Shown one piece after another: positions 56,845 to 64,000 of a stretch of 64,000 nucleotides of DNA. Every line of letters starts with the position of its first letter. The stretch's first letter is position 1. The position numbers were made by a program, and so were the translations under genes. The notes under the pieces are model-generated. The model was not told the DNA's origin. It searched no databases and was given only the letters and a program-made list of their open reading frames with translations. The stretch is from Myxococcota bacterium. GTDB lineage: Bacteria > Myxococcota_A > Polyangia > Polyangiales > JANWZI01. The stretch covers positions 3,838 to 67,837 of the forward strand of contig JANWZI010000005.1 of assembly GCA_025054695.1 (NCBI GenBank). The letters run 5' to 3'.

Positions 56845-58090
56845 GGGCGTCGCTTCCGCCGCGCGTGGGTCCACCACGACGGAGGCGTCGCCGCCGGAGC
56901 GGTGCGTGGCGCCGAACGCGAACGCGAAGGCGAGTGCATCGCTCGGACGGTGGGCCGGATCGGGACGAAGCGCAGCGCGCAGCGCAGCGGCGGGCCGGGG
57001 CCGAGTCGGTCGATCTCGGGGGCATCGGGAGGCGGAAGCATCCGCGCGCGCCATGCGATGCGTACCGGATCGTCACCGGACCAGGCAGGCCTCCCGACCC
57101 ACGCGCGGAACAGCACGCAGCCGAGCGCGTACAGGTCGCTGCGCGCGTCCATCGCCTCTCCGAGCGCCTGTTCCGGCGACATGTAGCCCGGCGTCCCGGC
57201 GCTCCGCTGCTTCGCGTCGCCCCCGAGCGCCGCGATGCCCAGGTCCACGAGCACCCAGCGCGCCGACCTGCCACCGCGCGACCACAACACGTTCTGGGGC
57301 TTGACGTCGCAGTGCAGCACGCCCGCGCGGTGCATGTCGTGCAGCCCGAGCGCGAGATCGCGCCCGAGCGCAAGCACCTCGTCCACTTCGAGACGATCGC
57401 GCTCGCGCAGTATTTCCGCGAGGGAACGGCCCTCGACGAACTCCATGACCAGGAACGGAACGCCGTGATCGGCGCCCCCGGCGTCGAGGACGCGCGGGAC
57501 GTGGGCGCTTCGGGCGCGACCGAGCGCCTCGAGCTCCGCGCGGAACATCGCGAGCGAAGCGGCATCGCCGACGCCTTCCGGTCGGATGACCTTGCACGCC
57601 ACGCGCCGTCCGCTCCGCCGGTCCCGCGCCTCGTAGACCTCACCCATCCCCCCGCGGCCGAGCAGGCGCCCGACTTCGTACTCGCCGAGGCGGGCCCCGT
57701 CAGGCCGACCAGCAGGATCGCCAGCGTGACGAGCGCCGCGTACCCCGCATTTGGGCCGAAGAGCCAGCCGGTGATGGCCGCGACGACCCCGAGCCCCCCG
57801 AGCCCGACCATCGCCACGATCCGACGCGCGCCGCCGAGCGTGCCCTGGAACAGGCGCGCGAGGAGCCGGGACAGCAGGGCACCGGCGCCCAGCGCCACCA
57901 GGGTCGGAACGCGCGTCTCGTCGTGACGCGCGAGCACGAGCACGAGCGGGATCGCGCCGACGCAGAGCCATCCGACCGCCCGCAACGCCTGCGGCGCCGA
58001 CGCGAGGCCCGCGGGCCCGGCCTCCGAAGGTCCCGCTGCGGCCGGCGACGGAAGCGGCGCGCGTTGCGGCGCGACGGAGTGCGTGCTCAC
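56829..58090 (-). CDS. Ser/Thr protein kinase with N-terminal 4-TM module; reading frame broken near 57695
   Basis: Kinase frame (ORF 56829..57971): GRGGMGEVY, VACKV, HCDVKPQN, DLG, TPGYMSPE. The membrane module reads in the other frame (ORF 56801..58090) from GTG 58090, which overlaps the upstream stop. Confidence 0.7.
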
Positions 58091-58806
58091 GGCTCGCGAC
58101 GGACGCCGAGGCGCTGGAGCATCTTGTAGATGGACATCCGGTCGAGGTCGGCGGCGCGGGCCGCCGACGCGATGTTCCAGTCGTGAGCCTGCAACAGCGC
58201 CGTGACGTAACGGCGGTCGAAGGCGTCGACGACGCGCTGCTTGGCCTCCTTGAACGGAAGCGACAGATCCACGGCCTCGTCCGTGATCAGCGCCGGCCCG
58301 ACGGCGTCCGGATCGCGAGCCTCGGAACCGGAGACGGCCGACAGCACGACGGCCCGTTCGACGGCGTTGCGCAGCTCACGCACGTTGCCCGGCCAGCGGT
58401 GTCGTCGCGCCCACTCGAGGAAGCCTTCCGGGAGCTGCCGGGAGCGTCCGCCCGGCCGACCGTGCGCGAGGAAGTGCTCGACGAGCGGCTCGATGTCCTC
58501 GGGTCGCTCGCGCAGCGGCGGGATGTGCAGCTCGGCGACGCACAGCCGGAAGTAGAGATCCGCCCGGAAGCTCTTGCGATTGACCTCCTCGGCGAGGTCG
58601 CGATTGGTCGCCGCCACCAGGCGCACGTCGCACTCGATGGTGCGTGTGCCGCCCAGACGACGGATGCGTCGCGTCTCGACGGCGCGCAACAGCTTCGGCT
58701 GCACGTCCAGGGGCAGCTCGCCGAATTCGTCGAGAAACAGCGTGCCGCCCTGCGCGTCCTCCACGCCCCGTCGCCGTAACACGGAACCCCCTACGGAGGC
58801 GCGCAC
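58087..58806 (-). pseudogene. sigma-54-dependent activator fragment (AAA+ from Walker B onward, plus Fis-type HTH)
   Basis: GGTLFLDEFGELP, VRLVAATNRDL, DLYFRL, PPLRERPEDI, WPGNVRELRN and the HTH SAARAADLDRMSIYKMLQRLGV are present. There is no Walker A, GAFTGA or sensory domain, and only 73 nt separate it from hmgA. Confidence 0.7.
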
Positions 58807-58879
58807 GGCCCTTCGTGCCCCGACGGCCGCCGCGCGCGTCGAGCGAGGACCCGCGCCCGCCGCCGGAGAGCGTTCGACC

Positions 58880-60067
58880 CTACCGCGACGCGGGGACCCC
58901 GTCGACCGCGTCGAGGAACGATGCCATGTAGCCCGTATCCTCGGCCGCCAACGCCTCCGCCGTCCACCGCAACGGGCGCAGCGTGTCCATCATCACCGCC
59001 AGCTCGTCCGTGCGCGCCGTCCCGATGCTGGCCTCGTACGCACCCGGATGCGGACCGTGGGGCAGACCGGCCGGATGGTAGCTGATGCTCGCCGGACCGA
59101 CGCCCCGCCGCGAAGTGAAGTTGCCACTGACGTAAAAGAGGATCTCGTCGCAATCGACGCTCGAGTGCGGATAGGGACACGGAATGGCGTCCGGGTGGAA
59201 ATCGACGAGCCTCGGAACGAACGAGCAGATGAGCGCACCCGGCGTCGCGAACGTGCCGTGCCAGTCCGGCGGCAGGTGCACGAGGCCTACGCGGGGCTGG
59301 AACCGGAGGATGGGGAACGCCCACGGATAGACGCTTCCGTCCCACCCTACGGCGTCGAGCGGGGAATGGGGCAACCGATACGCGTGGAACCCCCCACCGC
59401 GTTTGACGAGCACCTCGCGGATCCCCTCGTCGAGGGGACCGCGGAACACTGGTCTGCGGAAGTCGCGGTGACCATAGGGGGCGTCCATGCGCAGTTGTCC
59501 CGTCTCGGTGCGCCAGCGCGAGGGCAAGCCCACCCCGCCCGCGCACTCGATGCCGAGCCAGTACTGCGCGACGCCGGCGTCGGGAATCGCGCGCCAGAGG
59601 ACTCCCTTCGGAATCACGACGGAGTCGTGCCGTTCGTAGCGCAGATCGCCGAGCACGCTGCGGACGATTCCGCTTCCCTCGTGCACGAAGAACAGGTCGT
59701 CGCCGTCCCCGTTGAGGAAGTAGATCGGATCGGGCTCGGTGGGACGCACGAGCGTCACCGTGACGTCCTCGTTGAAGCAGAGCACGACGCGGCCGTCGAC
59801 CTGCGGACCGGGCCGCGTCGGCACCTGGGGCGTCCGAACGTGCCGTTTGCAAAGCGCCAGGCCCTCCACGGGCACGGCCGGCTTCCAGCCATGCCGCCGT
59901 TCCACGGGCACGTGCAGGTGCGGCCGGCGCTCGTGGTAGACGATCGTGTAGGGCCCGTCGAACCCGCGCCGCGTGATGCAGTGCTCGTAGCGCAGCGATC
60001 CGTCCGGGCCGCGCAGTTGAACGTGGTGCTTGATCGGCACCTCTCCGGCCTGCATGCGGTCGAGCAC
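58880..60067 (-). CDS. hmgA: homogentisate 1,2-dioxygenase (short form)
   Basis: Cupin-type HGD family by eye (YFLNGDGDDLFFVHEGSG, ISYHPAGLPHGPHPG). Lies in the tyrosine-catabolic operon. Confidence 0.8.
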   Translation of the reverse strand: MLDRMQAGEVPIKHHVQLRGPDGSLRYEHCITRRGFDGPYTIVYHERRPHLHVPVERRHGWKPAVPVEGLALCKRHVRTPQVPTRPGPQVDGRVVLCFNEDVTVTLVRPTEPDPIYFLNGDGDDLFFVHEGSGIVRSVLGDLRYERHDSVVIPKGVLWRAIPDAGVAQYWLGIECAGGVGLPSRWRTETGQLRMDAPYGHRDFRRPVFRGPLDEGIREVLVKRGGGFHAYRLPHSPLDAVGWDGSVYPWAFPILRFQPRVGLVHLPPDWHGTFATPGALICSFVPRLVDFHPDAIPCPYPHSSVDCDEILFYVSGNFTSRRGVGPASISYHPAGLPHGPHPGAYEASIGTARTDELAVMMDTLRPLRWTAEALAAEDTGYMASFLDAVDGVPASR

Positions 60068-60085
60068 GGCGCACCTCCCTCGGCG

Positions 60086-61236
<1,151 letters not shown>

Positions 61237-61240
<4 letters not shown>

Positions 61241-61899
61241 GGGCGTGGCTCCACGATGGGTTCGGCATCCGGTTGGCGCTCCGGGCGCGCCGCGGCGAAC
61301 GCGTCGAGCCGTTCGCACGCCTCTTCGACGCGCCGCAGCGTCGGAAACGCGTCCAGCGCGACGCCGAAGCGCCGCGCATTGTACAGTTGTGGGACGAGGC
61401 ACAGGTCGGCGATCCCCGGCGCGTCCCCCACCGCGAATCGACCGGCCGTCTCTTGCATCTCGGCTTCAAGGGCTTCGAGCCCGCGTTGGATCCAGTAGGC
61501 CGCCCACGATCGCGAATCGACCCCGTGCGACTCCAGGCGACGGAGCACCGACAGATTCTGCAGTGGCTGGATGCCACTGTTGACGATCTCGGCGAGCGCC
61601 GTCGCCCGCGCGCGCAGATACGGATCGGCGGGCCACAAGGGCGGCTCGGGCACCCGGCGTTCGAGGTAATCGCAGATGGCGAGGGACTGGGTAAGCCGGC
61701 GTCCGTCGATCTCGACGACGGGAACCTGCTGCATCGGATTGCGTCTGCGATGCACCTCGCCGAATTGCTCCCCGCCCTCGCGTACCAGGTGGACCGGCTC
61801 GTAGCAGTACGGCACGCCCTTGAGGTTCAAGGCGATGCGCACGCGCCACGTCGCGCTCGAGCGCCAGTATCCCCACAGCGTCACGCGGGGCGCAGTCAT
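61237..61899 (-). CDS. maiA: maleylacetoacetate isomerase (zeta-class GST)
   Basis: YWRSSATWRVRIALNLKG, NPMQQVPVVEIDG. ATG 61899 overlaps the FAH stop (ATGA). Confidence 0.88.
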
Positions 61900-62879
61900 G
61901 CCGCCACCACCTTCTGGTCGATGGAGCCGAAGACGTTGCGGCCCGCGTCGTCGAACATCTCGATGCGCACCCGGTTGCCCGGCTGCAAGAACGGCGTGGT
62001 CGGCCGCCCGTCTCGCAGCTGCTCCCGCATGCGTCGCTCGGCGAGGCAACTGACCCCACGCGCCGGATCTTCCGTGCTCACGGTGCCTCCACCGAGAATG
62101 GTGCCCGCGGTGAAGGAGCGCGTGCGGGCGATGTGGGCGATCAGATCGCAAAACGAGAAATGCATCTCCGCGCCGGCGTCGATGTCGCCGACGAGCCGAT
62201 CGTCCAGGTAGGTGCGGAGGGGCAGATGCAGCCGCCCCGCGCGCCAGGCCGGGCCCAGCTCGTCCGGAGTGACGGCGAACGGCGAGAACGCGCTCGCGGG
62301 TTTGCTCTGGAAGAAGCCGAAACCCTTGGCGAGCTCGTCGGGCACCAGATTGCGAAGGGTCACGTCGTTGACGAGCATCACCAATCGGATGTAGCGCTCG
62401 GCCGCCGCGGCGCTCGTGCCGCGCGGCACGTCGCCGAGGATCACCGCCACCTCCGCCTCGAAGTCGCAGCCCCATGCGACGTCGGGCAGCTCGATGTCGT
62501 CGCGCGGCCCGAGCAGCACCCCCGAGCCGCCCTGGTAGACGAGCGGGTCGGTGCGCAGCGTCGGGGGCGGCTCGGCACCGCGCGCACGGCGAACGAGCAC
62601 GACGTGGCTGAGATACGCCGACCCGTCGATCCATTCGTAGGCGCGCGGCAGCGGAGGACCGAGCGGCGTCGACTCGTCGAGCGGCTCGGCGCCGGCAATC
62701 CGACCCGCGTCCAGATCCGCAGCGAGCGCCGCCAGGCGTGGGGCGGTCCGCTCCCAGTCGTCGAGCGCCGACTGGAGAGTAGACGCGATGGCGGCGGCGC
62801 TCGCCATCCGCCGTCCGTCCGAGGAGACGACGACGAGCCGCCCGTCTCGACTACCGTCCCGGACCGTCGCCAGCCGCAC
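61896..62879 (-). CDS. fumarylacetoacetate hydrolase family protein
   Basis: FAH fold motifs (CDFEAEVAVILG, MLVNDVTLRNL, GTILGGGTVS). GTG start at 62879. First gene of the FAH-maiA-hppD-hmgA operon. Confidence 0.85.
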   Translation of the reverse strand: MRLATVRDGSRDGRLVVVSSDGRRMASAAAIASTLQSALDDWERTAPRLAALAADLDAGRIAGAEPLDESTPLGPPLPRAYEWIDGSAYLSHVVLVRRARGAEPPPTLRTDPLVYQGGSGVLLGPRDDIELPDVAWGCDFEAEVAVILGDVPRGTSAAAAERYIRLVMLVNDVTLRNLVPDELAKGFGFFQSKPASAFSPFAVTPDELGPAWRAGRLHLPLRTYLDDRLVGDIDAGAEMHFSFCDLIAHIARTRSFTAGTILGGGTVSTEDPARGVSCLAERRMREQLRDGRPTTPFLQPGNRVRIEMFDDAGRNVFGSIDQKVVAA

Positions 62880-62884
62880 GAAGC

Positions 62885-62905
62885 GTGCCGTTACCCCAAC
62901 GGCAC
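62885..62905. promoter_or_regulatory. perfect 8-nt inverted repeat just upstream of the FAH operon start
   Basis: GTGCCGTT-acccc-AACGGCAC lies 6-26 nt upstream of GTG 62879. It could be an operator or a 5'-UTR hairpin. Confidence 0.35.
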
Positions 62906-63065
62906 CGCGCTCTCAAGCGGCCCTTCGCGAGCGATGTGCGACAAGTCTCGCCTGCGTCCTGCGGTCCTACGAGGCGCCCTCGGCCGGCGCGACGGTTCGG
63001 GACGAACCCGCGCCGCGTGGGCGGGACGTCGGAGTCGACGCAGGTCGGTGGGGCACGATCGCCCT

Positions 63066-63272
63066 GGTGGTGGCGGTCACGTGGGTCGCCCGTGCGGCGC
63101 GGGGTATTGCGCGCTCGAGTCGGAGTCGGTGACCGAGTCGGAGTCGGAGACCGAGGCAGACGCCGAGCCCGAGCCCGAACCCAAGTCCGACCCAGAGCCC
63201 GGACCCGAGGCCATGTCCGTGTCCGAGTCCGAGCCGGAGACCGAGGCGGATTGCGTATCCGAGTCCGAGCGG
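63066..63272 (+). repeat. Period-6 array, copy R11, with indel-bearing head (antisense to both neighbours)
   Basis: Head at 63066-63116: gtg gtg gcg gtc acg tgg gtc gcc cgt gcg gcg cgg ggt att gcg. Tail: gag tcg gag tcg gtg acc gag tcg gag tcg gag acc gag gca gac gcc gag ccc... Confidence 0.88.
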
Positions 63273-64000
63273 CGATCGCGCGATCCGACCTCCGCCGAAG
63301 GCGGTGCGCGCCTCCGATAGACACTGACCAGCGGCACGCCGTCGTGGGACAGAACGTGGACCGGTGCGAGGCGACCGGTGAGAACCCAGGCCTGGAAGTC
63401 GACCTCGGCGAAATGATGCTCGTGATGCACGAGGATCAGGTCCGCGGCCGCCATCGACCCCACCGGTCGCACGTTCGCCGGCAACAGCCCGTCGCGCTGC
63501 GCGATCTCCCAGCTCTCGGGTCGCGCGTCGCAGATCCACACCGTGCCTCCGTCCGGCAACGCGCGTCGCAGCCAGTCCCCGAGCGGCCCGTGCGTCATTC
63601 CCCAGAACTGTCGGTTCATGCCGCGATCGGCCGCACCCGGCGTTCCCCCCGCGAGAAACCCATAGTGCGCGATGCCGAACGGATGCGACCGGATCGTGTC
63701 GACCGCGGCCGGAGCGAGCAGCAACGAACCGACGAGCGCGCGCACCGTCCAGCGCGCCGCCGGCAGCCGCTCGCCGACGAGTCGACGCGTCGCCTGGACG
63801 ACCCGGCGAAAGACGTGACCCGCGTAGATCGCGACGAACGGATACGCGGCGAGCCAGTGCTTGGTCCCGCCGAAGATCGGGGTCGAGGGCAGCGCGATGA
63901 CGACCAGAGGCGCGAGCAAGCAACCCACCAACAACACGTCGCTGCGCCGCGCGTCGGGCTGAGCCGTCCCGAGCCACCGCCAAGCGACGCGGCTCTCCAG
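63077..64000 (-). CDS. integral membrane protein, C-terminal part (possible ArnT/GT39-like glycosyltransferase); 5' end lies outside the window
   Basis: Frame is open to the window edge. TM helices LLVGCLLAPLVVIALP, HWLAAYPFVAIYAGHVF, ALVGSLLLAPAAV, then a soluble domain ending VSVYRRR. The ORF then continues about 65 codons through array R11 as an (S-D/G/A/V)n tail. Confidence 0.55.
   Translation of the reverse strand: MESRVAWRWLGTAQPDARRSDVLLVGCLLAPLVVIALPSTPIFGGTKHWLAAYPFVAIYAGHVFRRVVQATRRLVGERLPAARWTVRALVGSLLLAPAAVDTIRSHPFGIAHYGFLAGGTPGAADRGMNRQFWGMTHGPLGDWLRRALPDGGTVWICDARPESWEIAQRDGLLPANVRPVGSMAAADLILVHHEHHFAEVDFQAWVLTGRLAPVHVLSHDGVPLVSVYRRRAPPSAEVGSRDRRSDSDTQSASVSGSDSDTDMASGPGSGSDLGSGSGSASASVSDSDSVTDSDSSAQYPAPHGRPT

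Overview
Very GC-rich bacterial chromosome segment. I did not compute the exact GC value. The content fits a myxobacterium: a MYXO-CTERM-like tail, thrombospondin-type-3/vWA lipoproteins, an ECF sigma/FecR pair, and many GTGA/ATGA-coupled genes. I can support about 60 protein genes and one tRNA-Pro(GGG). Most are housekeeping. They include an aminotransferase with CoA-transferase A/B; a lipoprotein / beta-propeller / di-haem cytochrome c / PPTase operon; a porin with pstSCAB-phoU; an ECF sigma / anti-sigma module; and 5'-nucleotidase. They also include two tandem TSP3-vWA lipoproteins; pal-ybgF; hslVU; rpsU; PPi-phosphofructokinase; a sulfatase-like enzyme; mog; and USP. The rest are an M50 protease, a GT-C glycosyltransferase-like protein, a tal-pgi fusion, gnd, fbp, PilZ, dnaJ, an RRM protein, cysK, a Ser/Thr kinase, and a complete homogentisate pathway (FAH-maiA-hppD-hmgA). 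The standout is non-genic. Twelve copies of a period-6 (NCS-GAG)n array, several carrying a conserved ~45-nt head, fill 12 of the 14 intergenic gaps longer than ~190 bp. Ten of the twelve lie in the same sense as a neighbouring gene. They are not CRISPR, and no transposase is present. One frame reads as (Ser/Pro/Thr/Ala-Glu)n acidic micro-ORFs, some with start codons overlapping the upstream stop, but frame conservation between copies is mixed. Secondary oddities are a C10 tract/TAA breaking a coiled-coil gene, a kinase split across two frames, and an N-terminally truncated sigma-54 activator behind the homogentisate operon. There is also a secreted-protein ORF with no stop before it runs antisense through a real gene. 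All calls come from reading the translations and the sequence by eye. No database searches were run, and many start codons are uncertain.
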